From a virus, in the IMG/VR virus record IMGVR_UViG_3300035670_000019, positions 32,001 through 96,000 of that record: a stretch of 64,000 nucleotides of DNA; one strand, 5' to 3'. The notes beneath the pieces are model-generated. The model worked only from the letters and a program-made list of their open reading frames with translations, did not search any database and was not told the origin of the DNA. Made by a program: the position numbers and the translations under genes. Of the stretch, positions 30,587 through 40,944 are shown one piece after another (positions within the stretch are counted from its first letter, which is position 1; every line of letters begins with the position of its first letter).

Positions 30587-30766
30587 ATGGCAGAGTACAA
30601 AGGAATTGTAAACCGATTAGAAACAGAGGGATCATTATTAACCGCTTTTGATGGTAATACTCCACCACCTGCTGTTTTTCCTGATCCATTAGAATCATCA
30701 AACTCAATTTTATCTGGATATAAAGGTATAACTCCAAAAGGATATTTGGATAATCCCCCAAGATAA
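30587..30766 (+). CDS. 59-aa hypothetical late protein missed by the ORF track (MAEYKGIVNRLETEGS...YLDNPPR)
   Basis: Late motif at 30553, A-rich start context, and it fills the gap to 30771. Confidence 0.7.
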   Translation: MAEYKGIVNRLETEGSLLTAFDGNTPPPAVFPDPLESSNSILSGYKGITPKGYLDNPPR

Positions 30767-30770
30767 TTAA

Positions 30771-32945
30771 ATGGGTTTAGTTAATCTAAAAACCGATCTA
30801 AAATCGTTAAAGTATGGGAATGACAGACCAGGAGGTGGTTCAAGTAACCAACCCTATATTGTCACTCCTATACCTGACGGTTTAACAGCTAATGGTCCTG
30901 ACTTTTTATTGAGACAGGGAGCGTTAAAGGCTTCTTTAACAGATATTAGCCGATTAACTAAATGGTTTTCAGATACACAATCTGTAAATGGGTTATTATT
31001 TACTACTAAGCAGATAGCTTTAGAAAGACAAAATCCTAAATTAGTTAACACTAATAGAATTTATTTACCTACTTCAACTATTTCTCAAGTTGGAGCTTTA
31101 GCTGTTGGATCACACTTTAATAAACAAGGTTTAGATCCATTATCACCATTAAGTTATTTCGCTGGAGGAACTGAAGGGTATTATTTTACTACTAGAGGTA
31201 TAGGTGAATATCCTACATTTCAAACTTTACCAAATGGAGAAATTGAAAATAGATTAACCATAGCTTATACAGCTAAAATAGCTAACCAGTCTTTAGGTGG
31301 TTTAGCTATTAACCCATTTGGAATAACTACTCTTAATCCAACCACTTTATTATCTTACTCAGGTGGTCCTAATGCTGTTTTAGGTTTAGGTTCAACTAAC
31401 ATCAGAATTCAAAACCCAACCATTAAACTTAAAGATGTTTATGAAGATGGTGAGGCTAGAACCGCTGAAATATATAATAATCCTAATAATGTATCTGCCC
31501 TAGAAGGCCAGAATTTTTTATCACATAAAATACCTACTTGGATATATAATCCTTCTTATAAAAATCCTGGAGCTTCATTTGAGTACCAAGTATATGCTAG
31601 TGAGAATGGAGTTGATGATGGGTATTTATTTAGACAATTATATAATGATAATATTTCTAATATTTTAAATAGAGATACTACCACTATATATAATAAACCT
31701 TTAGGTAATACTGGGGTTTCTATTAACTATGTTTCTACTGATCCTAGTAAACCTGGTTATTTGACTCCTAAAGGAGAAAAAGGGAATGTTGCTCCTACCA
31801 ACAATTACAATATTGACCAAATAATGTCTGTTGGGGCCAGCCAAAATTATTTTGATATATACAAAGATAAATTAGGTGAAGGAGGAGGATTTAGATTATT
31901 ATCTACTGAACCAAAAGAGATTGTAGAAAGAAATAGTGCTACTAGCCCTATAAGATTTCCTGAATTTAGAGAAGAAGCCACCACTAAAATAGAATACACT
32001 AATAATACTGACCCTACCAAACCAGATTATTTAGTTCCTAAAACTATTAGTGTAGAAAAGATTTATAATCCTACTTCTTCTAATAATAATACTACTTCAA
32101 GTATTACTACTACATTAGCTTTTTTACATCCTAGTTATAATATTAAAAAAAACGGTGAACCTGTACCTCCTCCATACCCTGATATTGAAATATTTAATAG
32201 AGAAGATACTTATAAGGCAATGCCTACAGTATATAAAAATTCTAGAACTAGATTATCTAATGATACTATAAAATCTGATAGAATTAATGAGACAGATATT
32301 GTAAATTCCTCAACAGCATCTCTAGATAATATATCATTACCTAATGTTGATATAACTAAATTTTTCTTTGAAATAAATAACAATGATAGCTCTACTGATA
32401 ATTTCTTTTTATTTTTTAGAGCATACATTAATAACTTAAGTGACAGTTTCCAATCAACATGGCAAGACTACAAATATGTAGGTAGAGGTGAAAATTTCTA
32501 TAGATACAGTGGATTCTCTAGAGATATGTCATTATCATTTACTATATACGCTCACTCAAGAGCTGAGATGATACCATTATATAACAAATTAAATTACTTA
32601 GCAGGCGCCACAGCCCCAGATTACTCAGATGCTGGATATATGAGAGGTAATTTTATTAATATAACAGTAGGTGATTATATCAATAGTATGCCTAGTATAA
32701 TAAAAAACATATCATTAAAACCTTCTTTTGAAGCAGGTTGGGATATAAATAGAAAAGAAGATAATAGTTTATTCACTTCAGCTGATGGAAATTTAAATGT
32801 AGGACAAGTTCCTCGTATGATAGAAGTTGATTTAAGTTTCACTCCACTTCATAATTTTACTCCACAATTTGGAAAAGACTTCATTAGACAAGTATCCTTA
32901 TCTCCACAAATTGGAACAGGTGTTGGAGGTGAAAAAACTGTATAA
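30771..32945 (+). CDS. Baseplate/tail tube initiator-like protein
   Basis: C-terminal FRAYI...W...Y.GRGE.FY.Y.GF.R...F domain; position after the tape measure gene. Confidence 0.65.
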   Translation: MGLVNLKTDLKSLKYGNDRPGGGSSNQPYIVTPIPDGLTANGPDFLLRQGALKASLTDISRLTKWFSDTQSVNGLLFTTKQIALERQNPKLVNTNRIYLPTSTISQVGALAVGSHFNKQGLDPLSPLSYFAGGTEGYYFTTRGIGEYPTFQTLPNGEIENRLTIAYTAKIANQSLGGLAINPFGITTLNPTTLLSYSGGPNAVLGLGSTNIRIQNPTIKLKDVYEDGEARTAEIYNNPNNVSALEGQNFLSHKIPTWIYNPSYKNPGASFEYQVYASENGVDDGYLFRQLYNDNISNILNRDTTTIYNKPLGNTGVSINYVSTDPSKPGYLTPKGEKGNVAPTNNYNIDQIMSVGASQNYFDIYKDKLGEGGGFRLLSTEPKEIVERNSATSPIRFPEFREEATTKIEYTNNTDPTKPDYLVPKTISVEKIYNPTSSNNNTTSSITTTLAFLHPSYNIKKNGEPVPPPYPDIEIFNREDTYKAMPTVYKNSRTRLSNDTIKSDRINETDIVNSSTASLDNISLPNVDITKFFFEINNNDSSTDNFFLFFRAYINNLSDSFQSTWQDYKYVGRGENFYRYSGFSRDMSLSFTIYAHSRAEMIPLYNKLNYLAGATAPDYSDAGYMRGNFINITVGDYINSMPSIIKNISLKPSFEAGWDINRKEDNSLFTSADGNLNVGQVPRMIEVDLSFTPLHNFTPQFGKDFIRQVSLSPQIGTGVGGEKTV

Positions 32946-32985
32946 TATAATAAAAGTTCTAAACTAATATTTCAATACATTAGAA

Positions 32986-33285
32986 ATGAATAGATATCAA
33001 AACATACCTGTAGTTAGAAATTCACTAGGTAGAAGTTATTACAAAAATAACACATACCCTCAAATTCCATTATCTTCTGATGATATTTATGTAGTGACAG
33101 TTGAAGGTGATAGATTTGATATATTAGCTAACCAGTATTATGGTGATTCTTCTTTATGGTGGATTATATCTATTGCTAATGAAGATTTACCTCAAAATTC
33201 ATTATACCCCCCGCTAGAGACTCAAATCAGAATACCGATTAACTACGCTAATGTACTATCAAGTTATTATGCTCTTAACCAATAA
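32986..33285 (+). CDS. LysM-like baseplate wedge protein (gp53/tail X-like)
   Basis: GDRFDILANQYYGDSSLWWIISIAN. Confidence 0.85.
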   Translation: MNRYQNIPVVRNSLGRSYYKNNTYPQIPLSSDDIYVVTVEGDRFDILANQYYGDSSLWWIISIANEDLPQNSLYPPLETQIRIPINYANVLSSYYALNQ

Positions 33286-33293
33286 ATTATGTT

Positions 33294-36200
33294 ATGCCTG
33301 GAGGAAATATTTTTGGAGAAAGTTTTAAAGATTATGTTGCTAATCAGATTAATATAAGACAGCAGAAATTAGCTAAGTCTAATAGATATGATCCTAATGT
33401 TTTAAAATTTATTAATAACAACACATCATGGCTTAGATTATCTTCTGGGGTTGATGTATCATCTGAAAGAGCAGCTAGTTTAGGTATAGCTGAAACTGGA
33501 GCTAATCTAGCTAAAAAATACACTTTATTCTCAGCTCGTTTTAATAATGCTTTCACATCTGGAGTGAATGAAGGTATAAATTCATCTTATGGCTTTTTAT
33601 CCACTTCAGAATACGGTTTAGTACCCCCTCCAGGTATTATTTCAGCTGAAGTAAAACCAATGAATGATAAAGGTACTTTAAGAACAGCTACAGTCCAAAT
33701 AGAATGTCATAATTTACCTCAATTTAAAGTTATAGAAGCTTTATATTTAAGATTAAAATATAGTATGCTTTTAGAGTGGGGTCATACTGTTTTTTTTGAT
33801 AATAATGGTAATTTACAAAATGCCGGGGGGCAAGATTATCCATACCATGGATTTTTAAATGGTAGTCATAACCAAGATAGTATAATAGACACTTTAGAAA
33901 ATGCTAGGATTCAATCTTGTGGAAACTATGATGGGTTTTTTGGATGGGTTAGAAATTTTAATTGGAACTTAAAACCAAATGGAGGATATGATATAACTTT
34001 AGAGTTAATATCTTTAGGTGATACTATAGAATCATTAAAATTAAATGTTAATTATCCTCAACCTCAAAATGAAGTAGTCAATACAACTAAACCTGAAACC
34101 CCACAGCCTCCTGTTATAGCTAATAAAAACAAATCTACTATACATCAGATATTGTTCGCTATAAAAACAGAACTAGACATTCAAGGATATTTAGATGGCC
34201 CTAATATGGGTGGGAGATCTAGCCTATCAGCTGAAGAAATTGTTAGAATAACAAAAGAACATTCTAAATATGATTTAGGAGGAGTTAATTATAAAGATCC
34301 TGAAGAAAATGCTTTTGCAGTTAATAGTATTCTAACATACCAGGAAGGTATAAAATTAATATATCCTGAGTTAACAACAAAAGAAGATGGCACTGGTGGG
34401 TATTTTTATTATATAAAATTAGGTACATTATTAAGAATTATTGAATCTTTTTTATTAAAATATGATGTATCAAGAAAAGACAATAATGTTTATAGACCTT
34501 TATTTTATATAGACCATAATTATGATACTAACATATGTTTAACTTTACCAAGACAAATAAGTACTGATCCTCGCATTTGTATATTAACTGCTTCTGAAAC
34601 AGCAAATACTTCAAATAATGATTCAAATGCTCAAGCTAAAGTTTCAACAGTTTATACTAAAATATCTTTTCAACGAAAAGAAGAAGAAGTATTTGGATTA
34701 AATAATTATTATTTAGAACAATCCCCATCAGAGACAGTCACTGGAGATGATCCTTCATTTAAAGAAAGTCAAATTATAACTGATTATGAAACTATAACTA
34801 AAGAACAAACTGATGCTGCTGATCAAAATGTAACACGCGTTACTGGAGTAAAAGTTATATTAAAAGATGGTAATGTGAGAACATATTTTAATGGAGAAAC
34901 AATACCTACATTTTATTTAGATAACACATCATTGAGTGAAAACAATAAGGTATTAGTTAAAGATGAAGAAACAGGACAGGTAAAAGCTCAAAATAGTGCT
35001 AATAATACTTCTGGGATAGGACCTTATTTTAGAGTAGAAGGAAATGATTATGCTTTTTTAGGTAAATTCATGCACATACATGTTAATTTAGATCATATCT
35101 CATCCTTACTATCAGGTAACATTGATGAAAATGGTAAAATATCAATATATACCTTCCTTGAACAATTAATGCAAAGCATTCAAGATGCTACAGGTAATAT
35201 AAATGATTATAGAATTTTATATGATGAGTTATCAAACACTTTTTATATAAATGATAACTCAACCTTACCAAATGGAGATAAACTTTTTAGTAAAAATATA
35301 ACCCCAACAGTACTTAATGCTAATATATTAACTAGTACTTTAGGTAGTTTTGTAACTAATGTATCATTAAAAAGTGAATTAAACAATAATTACGCTACAA
35401 TGATTTCAGTTGGGGCTCAATCTAATGGAAATGTTGTAGGAGAAGACGCCACCGCTTTTAGTAGATGGAATGTGGGATACACAGATCGTATTATAACAGA
35501 TAGAAGTAGTGTTATTGATATGCAAAACCAACAAGAATCTGGCTCAAAACCCCCAGAACAAGTATATCTTGATAATCTAATCAAATATGGTGATCTTAAT
35601 AATGCTATAAATAGTGGATTTGTCACTTCAGAAGAAATATCAAATAATGGACAAGCTGTTGTTGATATGTTAAAATATGAGTTAGCTTATTTTACCCAAC
35701 AAAACTGCATACAAGGCCAAGGATTTATTCCTATTAATCTTCAATTAACAATGTTAGGTTTGAGTGGCCCTAGATTATTTGAGTCTTACACTATTAATGA
35801 AACTTTACTCCCAGATAATTATAAAAACAATATTAAATTTTTAACTAAGGGAATAACTCATAGAATAGATACTAATGGTTGGACTACAACTTTAGATAGT
35901 TTTAGTGGCCCAAAAGTTACAGCTTTAAACAAACCTTCTTTTTATGCTCCACCTGAATTAGCACTCTCTCAACCATCACCTAATGATCCTCAAGCAGGAC
36001 CTGCTGGAGTAATATTACCTATAAGTGATGCTAGTGTTAGATCAATTACGCAAATGAAACCAACTACTCAAAATGTTTTAAATAAAGATGGTTTAGTATT
36101 AGTTAGAGAAGGAATGACTGGAAATAGAACATATGGTGCTTTATATTATAAAAAACAATTAGTAGCTGTGACTGTAGAAGATTTAGTTAGAGATAGTAAA

Positions 36201-36563
36201 ATACAAAAACAAACAGCTATACCTGCCAACCCAGACATTGGATATAATGTAACATTAACTCCTACCACTAAAGATTTTATTAGGAAAGCAGCTGTAGATT
36301 TTGGAGATGGAAGAGGATTAATAGTACCTAGAGTAGGTACTTCAGCTAACGCTGTAGACTTAGAAGGCCCAGGTAATTTAGATTTTTCTCATGTTAGAAT
36401 ACATGGTGGTACTAGTGAAAAAAGTAGTGAAGGTTGTATAATTGTATCTAGTGTTCGAAATAAAGATGGAACTATTCAACTAGATCAAAGTAAAGCTCAA
36501 GATGTAACTAGATTGATATATGATAATAAGATTAAAAAGATTTATGTTGTAAACGATTTTTAA
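33294..36563 (+). CDS. Baseplate hub-like protein with a C-terminal DUF5675-like (His/Cys) domain
   Basis: N-terminal MLLEWG and GNYDG motifs, HRID..GWTTTL hub end, and C-terminal TYG...TVED...TAIPA...IHGG...SEGCII. Confidence 0.7.
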   Translation: MPGGNIFGESFKDYVANQINIRQQKLAKSNRYDPNVLKFINNNTSWLRLSSGVDVSSERAASLGIAETGANLAKKYTLFSARFNNAFTSGVNEGINSSYGFLSTSEYGLVPPPGIISAEVKPMNDKGTLRTATVQIECHNLPQFKVIEALYLRLKYSMLLEWGHTVFFDNNGNLQNAGGQDYPYHGFLNGSHNQDSIIDTLENARIQSCGNYDGFFGWVRNFNWNLKPNGGYDITLELISLGDTIESLKLNVNYPQPQNEVVNTTKPETPQPPVIANKNKSTIHQILFAIKTELDIQGYLDGPNMGGRSSLSAEEIVRITKEHSKYDLGGVNYKDPEENAFAVNSILTYQEGIKLIYPELTTKEDGTGGYFYYIKLGTLLRIIESFLLKYDVSRKDNNVYRPLFYIDHNYDTNICLTLPRQISTDPRICILTASETANTSNNDSNAQAKVSTVYTKISFQRKEEEVFGLNNYYLEQSPSETVTGDDPSFKESQIITDYETITKEQTDAADQNVTRVTGVKVILKDGNVRTYFNGETIPTFYLDNTSLSENNKVLVKDEETGQVKAQNSANNTSGIGPYFRVEGNDYAFLGKFMHIHVNLDHISSLLSGNIDENGKISIYTFLEQLMQSIQDATGNINDYRILYDELSNTFYINDNSTLPNGDKLFSKNITPTVLNANILTSTLGSFVTNVSLKSELNNNYATMISVGAQSNGNVVGEDATAFSRWNVGYTDRIITDRSSVIDMQNQQESGSKPPEQVYLDNLIKYGDLNNAINSGFVTSEEISNNGQAVVDMLKYELAYFTQQNCIQGQGFIPINLQLTMLGLSGPRLFESYTINETLLPDNYKNNIKFLTKGITHRIDTNGWTTTLDSFSGPKVTALNKPSFYAPPELALSQPSPNDPQAGPAGVILPISDASVRSITQMKPTTQNVLNKDGLVLVREGMTGNRTYGALYYKKQLVAVTVEDLVRDSKIQKQTAIPANPDIGYNVTLTPTTKDFIRKAAVDFGDGRGLIVPRVGTSANAVDLEGPGNLDFSHVRIHGGTSEKSSEGCIIVSSVRNKDGTIQLDQSKAQDVTRLIYDNKIKKIYVVNDF

Positions 36564-36567
36564 TATT

Positions 36568-37101
36568 ATGTATGTACCAAAAAATAAAATAAGAACTAAT
36601 CTTTACACAGAAGGTAAAGAATATATGTTTTTTTCAACAAAAACACAATATGTTGGGTATTACCATAAATTATACAATGGAAAAACATTCACAGGTAAAA
36701 CTCCAAATGATAATAATGTTAGAGAAATTGTACCTGTCCCTATCGCAGATGGAAACAATTTCTTATCCTCAGCTTTATCTATATCTACCCCATCATTATT
36801 CCCAACTCCTCAAGATTATAAAAATGGAGAATTTACCCGTTATTTTATTGTTAAACGTAATGAACTTATTTTTATAGAAATAACTAAAAAAGAATATGAA
36901 AAATATAAAAATCAAGACCCAAGTGTATATTGGCGTTTATATAGACCGTTTTCTTTATTTTGGGTATTAACAGGTGATATGAATCAAGTAGCTCAAACTA
37001 ATAAAAATGTTACTGAGTTAGTTGAACAAAGAGAAAATGTTTTAGGTTTAAGCATATATTTAAAAGAAGATTGGACTCAATATTATAAAGCTAATCCTTA
37101 A
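36568..37101 (+). CDS. Hypothetical protein (end of the baseplate module)
   Basis: 177-aa ORF, 4 bp after the hub gene. Confidence 0.75.
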   Translation: MYVPKNKIRTNLYTEGKEYMFFSTKTQYVGYYHKLYNGKTFTGKTPNDNNVREIVPVPIADGNNFLSSALSISTPSLFPTPQDYKNGEFTRYFIVKRNELIFIEITKKEYEKYKNQDPSVYWRLYRPFSLFWVLTGDMNQVAQTNKNVTELVEQRENVLGLSIYLKEDWTQYYKANP

Positions 37102-37102
37102 C

Positions 37103-37130
37103 TTGGCTTAAAATAATTTTTTGTTATATT
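37103..37130 (+). promoter_or_regulatory. Early/middle promoter TTGGCT-N16-TATATT at the structural/replication boundary
   Basis: Same family as seven other TTG(G/C)NN-N17-TATATT sites. Confidence 0.65.
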
Positions 37131-37146
37131 ATGGTAAATAAAGGTT

Positions 37147-38421
37147 ATGTATTATTTAATAGAAAGTCAACATCAATTTGAGGAGTTTGCTCAACAGCAA
37201 ACTAGCAGATGTTTTGTTGAACTTATTCTAAATCATGATCTAATACATCCTGTTTTAAATGATGTTTCATTAGTCTATATTAGACCTGAAGGTGATAAAA
37301 AAGGATATGTTATTCCTATCTCACATAATGAAGCATTTTCTATTCCATTCCAACAAATAAAAAAGTTTATAGCTAGTTATAAAGAAGTATTTGTTAGAGA
37401 TAAAAAAACAAGCATGTGTTTTTTAAATAAAAAGAATTTAATACATGCTCCTATCAATACAGAAAATTTATCATTTCCTATCTATGATTATTACCACAGA
37501 CAATATCCAAACCGAAATGATATAAATAAATTTATTCCTATTGCTAAACACTATGAGCGTTGTGAGGAATATTTTAAACATGTAAACTTCACACCACAAT
37601 CTGAGTTTTATAACAAAGCAATAGAGCTATTCCAGACAATAGAATCAAGTGGTATTAGTGTGAATACAACGCTTATAGACGATTATTTCACACCAAATAA
37701 TATCCTCTATTCAATAAAAAACAATATAATATACTCGCAGTACAACGTAGATACTACAACTAAAAGACCATCAAATAGTTTCAATGGTATTAACTTTGCC
37801 GCGTTACCTAAAGATGGTTCTAGAAAAGCATTTGTTTCGGCTAATGGAAGATTTGTTGATATTGATATTGATTCTTACCACCCAACCCTAATTGCTAAAC
37901 AAATTGGTTATGATTTTGGAGATGAGTCAATACATGATCATATGGCTCAACTATATAGAGTAGATTATAAAACAAGTAAAGAACTTACCTTTAAACAATT
38001 ATATGGAGGTATTTTTCATGATTATAAACATCTAGAATTTTTCTCTAAAACCCAAACATTAATAGATACTTTATGGGAACAGTTCAATACTGAGGGTTAT
38101 ATTGAATGTCCTATATCTAATCATAGGTTTTATCATCATCAATTACCTAATATGGGTCCTCAAAAGTTATTTAACTATTGGGTTCAAAATTTAGAAACAT
38201 CACAAAATATTTTAATATTACAAGATATATTACCAATAATAAAAGGTCATAAAACTAAATTAGTATTGTATACTTACGACGCTTTCTTATTTGACATTAG
38301 CAAAGATGAATTAGAATTGTTAGAAGATATATGTTCTGTTTTTACTAACTATGGCTTAAAATACAAGATGAAGTATGGATACAACTACTATGACCTTAGC
38401 TTACTCACAACATATGTATAA
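37147..38421 (+). CDS. Short, divergent family-A DNA polymerase-like protein
   Basis: TT.RPS..F.GINFAAL, R.AF, motif A-like DIDSYHP, motif B-like KELTFKQLYG and motif C-like LYTYDAFLFD. Confidence 0.8.
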   Translation: MYYLIESQHQFEEFAQQQTSRCFVELILNHDLIHPVLNDVSLVYIRPEGDKKGYVIPISHNEAFSIPFQQIKKFIASYKEVFVRDKKTSMCFLNKKNLIHAPINTENLSFPIYDYYHRQYPNRNDINKFIPIAKHYERCEEYFKHVNFTPQSEFYNKAIELFQTIESSGISVNTTLIDDYFTPNNILYSIKNNIIYSQYNVDTTTKRPSNSFNGINFAALPKDGSRKAFVSANGRFVDIDIDSYHPTLIAKQIGYDFGDESIHDHMAQLYRVDYKTSKELTFKQLYGGIFHDYKHLEFFSKTQTLIDTLWEQFNTEGYIECPISNHRFYHHQLPNMGPQKLFNYWVQNLETSQNILILQDILPIIKGHKTKLVLYTYDAFLFDISKDELELLEDICSVFTNYGLKYKMKYGYNYYDLSLLTTYV

Positions 38422-38851
38422 TAAACCTTATGGGTTTGATATAACAGACTTAAACTTTGATGATGTGAGTAATAAACTATTTTGCACATTTTCAGAATTA
38501 GATGAGATTGATAGTCTTATAGACAGTATAAAAAGTCAGTACGATGTACTGTATAATAAAATATTTGTTTTGCAGATTAAGAATAGTGATGAATATGTTT
38601 GTACATATAACATAGACTACTCCAATTTAAACGAAATTCCTGAAAACACTATATTGGTTCACCGTAAAAAGGAAACCAACACGCTATACACTATTAACGC
38701 ACTTAATGAACTAATTAAGAAGCTAAATGGTGGTGTAGTGGATGTGTCTTACAGAATCAACTGGATGCATTACAGAAACTGTATCTTATTAACCCAACAT
38801 AATGAATTAAAACAATTGAATACAAAAGTGTATAAGATTGTTGAGTTGTAA
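38375..38851 (+). CDS. Hypothetical protein (true start probably further downstream)
   Basis: NKLFCTF and LVHRKKETNTLYTINALN. A late motif at 38412 lies inside the annotated 5' part. Confidence 0.75.
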   Translation: MDTTTMTLAYSQHMYNKPYGFDITDLNFDDVSNKLFCTFSELDEIDSLIDSIKSQYDVLYNKIFVLQIKNSDEYVCTYNIDYSNLNEIPENTILVHRKKETNTLYTINALNELIKKLNGGVVDVSYRINWMHYRNCILLTQHNELKQLNTKVYKIVEL

Positions 38852-38919
38852 TTTATTGGTAACTAACGTTAACGCTGAATACTTAAAACACGGCCGTTTA
38901 TAAGCTCTTAGAAGCTAGC

Positions 38920-38948
38920 TTGGCCTTATTAAAAATAAGTAGTATATT
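38920..38948 (+). promoter_or_regulatory. Early/middle promoter TTGGCC-N17-TATATT
   Basis: Upstream of the SSB gene; 17-bp spacer counted. Confidence 0.7.
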
Positions 38949-38976
38949 ATATTAACAATTTAAAAACCAAATTTTT

Positions 38977-39837
38977 ATGGACATTAATGCTATTAAGCAG
39001 AGATTGAATTCTCTCCAGCAGTCGTCAAGCTCTGGTAAAAAAGAAAAAATTGACTATTCCAAGTACTATTGGAAACCAAAACAAGAAGGTAAGTATCAAA
39101 TCCGAATTGTACCTTCAACTCTCAACAAAGAAAATCCATTTCAAGAAGTGTTTGTACACTACGGATTCTCTAAATTTCCTATTTATGCTTTGACCAACTG
39201 GGGTGAAAAAGATCCTATTGTTGAGTTCGCTAAACAGCTTCGCAACACAAGTGAAAAAGAAAATTGGCAGTTGGCTAAGAAATTAGATCCTAAAATGCGA
39301 GTTTTTGCTCCTGTAGTTGTACGTGGTGAAGAAGACAAAGGTGTTCGCCTTTGGGAATTTGGTAAAGAAATCTATATGCAATTGCTTGGCATCGCTGAGG
39401 ATGAGGATTATGGAGATTTTACAGACATCAATGACGGTCGTGATTTCACAGTTGAAGCAGTGACTGGTGATATTGGTGGTCGCCAAGGCATCAAGTGCTC
39501 AATTCGTGTTAAACCAAAAACATCACCGCTTGGTACTGATAAAAATGAAATTAAGTCTTGGTTATCTGAACAACCAAATGTTCTTGAACTTCAAAAGAAA
39601 ATGACATTTGAGGATCTTAAAAGCGTATTAGAGAAGTTTTTAAATCCTGAAGCTGAAACTGAGGAAGAAGAAGTAGCAGCACCTGCAAAAGCAACTAAAG
39701 CTGCTCCTAAAGACTTACCTTGGGAAGATGATGAGGATGAAGCTCCTGCTCCTAAAGCTAATTACGCTTTGAAGACAGCTCCTACTAAAACATCTAAAGC
39801 AGCCAAGTTTGATGCTTTGTTTGAAGACGAAGAATAA
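38977..39837 (+). CDS. Single-stranded DNA-binding protein, gp32-like
   Basis: YWKP...IRIVP, DPIVE, WEFGKEIY, DFTD...GRDF and an acidic C-terminal tail (FDALFEDEE). Confidence 0.85.
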   Translation: MDINAIKQRLNSLQQSSSSGKKEKIDYSKYYWKPKQEGKYQIRIVPSTLNKENPFQEVFVHYGFSKFPIYALTNWGEKDPIVEFAKQLRNTSEKENWQLAKKLDPKMRVFAPVVVRGEEDKGVRLWEFGKEIYMQLLGIAEDEDYGDFTDINDGRDFTVEAVTGDIGGRQGIKCSIRVKPKTSPLGTDKNEIKSWLSEQPNVLELQKKMTFEDLKSVLEKFLNPEAETEEEEVAAPAKATKAAPKDLPWEDDEDEAPAPKANYALKTAPTKTSKAAKFDALFEDEE

Positions 39838-39857
39838 AAATTAATTAATAACAAATT

Positions 39858-40943
39858 ATGGCTAAAAAGAAAGAATCTTTAATGACAGCAGTCTCTGAAG
39901 AAATTAAGGCTAATTTTAACCTTGATAAATTCAAAGAGAAAAAATTGCTTAACAGTACAGTTAAGTTTAAAGAACAGAGATGGATTCCATTTTCAGAAGC
40001 ATTACAAGATTCAACTTCACTTCCAGGTGCAGCCATAGGTCATATTAATCTTTTAAGAGGACACAGTAATACAGGTAAAACAACAGCTTTACTTGAGTTG
40101 GCAATTAATGCCCAGAAAATGGGCATTTTGCCTGTGTTCATTATTACAGAGATGAAATGGTCTTGGGAGCACGCTAAACAAATGGGTTTTCAAGTTGAAG
40201 ATGTTGTTGACACAACAACAGGTGAAATTGTAGATTATAAAGGTTTTTTCCTATATAATGACAGAAGTGCATTAGGTACTATTGAAGATGTAGCAGAGTT
40301 TATAGCTGACTTATTAGATGAACAAAAGAAAGGTAATTTGCCTTATGATTTATGCTTCTTTTGGGATTCAATAGGGTCTATACCTTGTAAAATGAGTGTT
40401 GAAGCAAATAAAAACAATCCAATGTGGAATGCGGGTGCAATGTCACAACAATTTGGAAATTTTATTAATCAACGTTTTCCATTATCACGTAAAGAAAATT
40501 CACAATTTACAAATTCAATGGTAGCAATTAATAAGATCTGGATCGCACCAGCTGAAAATATTTTTGCTCAACCTAAAATGAAGATGAAAAATGGTGAAAC
40601 AATGTTTTTAGATGCTTCAATTGTACTTACATTTGGTAATATTACTAATAGTGGTACTAGTAAATTAAAAGCAACTAAGGATGGTAAAGAAGTAGAATTT
40701 GCAGTTCGCACTAAAGTATCAGTAGATAAAAATCACGTTACTGGACTACAGACTAAAAATACAGTAGTAGCTACAGTTCATGGTTTCATCAGTGATGATA
40801 ATAAAGATATTAATGAGTATAAGAAACAACATGCCCATGAGTGGGTACATATCTTAGGAAGTCTTGATGGTATTGGTCTTACTGAGGATAAATCAGAATG
40901 GGAAGAAAGTAAAGAAAACATTACATTGATTGACGAAGAATAA
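39858..40943 (+). CDS. uvsX: RecA/UvsX-like recombinase
   Basis: Walker A GHSNTGKT, catalytic TE, Walker B FFWDSIG and KNHV. Confidence 0.85.
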   Translation: MAKKKESLMTAVSEEIKANFNLDKFKEKKLLNSTVKFKEQRWIPFSEALQDSTSLPGAAIGHINLLRGHSNTGKTTALLELAINAQKMGILPVFIITEMKWSWEHAKQMGFQVEDVVDTTTGEIVDYKGFFLYNDRSALGTIEDVAEFIADLLDEQKKGNLPYDLCFFWDSIGSIPCKMSVEANKNNPMWNAGAMSQQFGNFINQRFPLSRKENSQFTNSMVAINKIWIAPAENIFAQPKMKMKNGETMFLDASIVLTFGNITNSGTSKLKATKDGKEVEFAVRTKVSVDKNHVTGLQTKNTVVATVHGFISDDNKDINEYKKQHAHEWVHILGSLDGIGLTEDKSEWEESKENITLIDEE

Positions 40944-40944
40944 T

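Noticed and set aside
36650-36877. 75-aa + strand ORF nested in 36568-37101
   Set aside because: It lies fully inside a longer gene in another frame and has no recognisable features.
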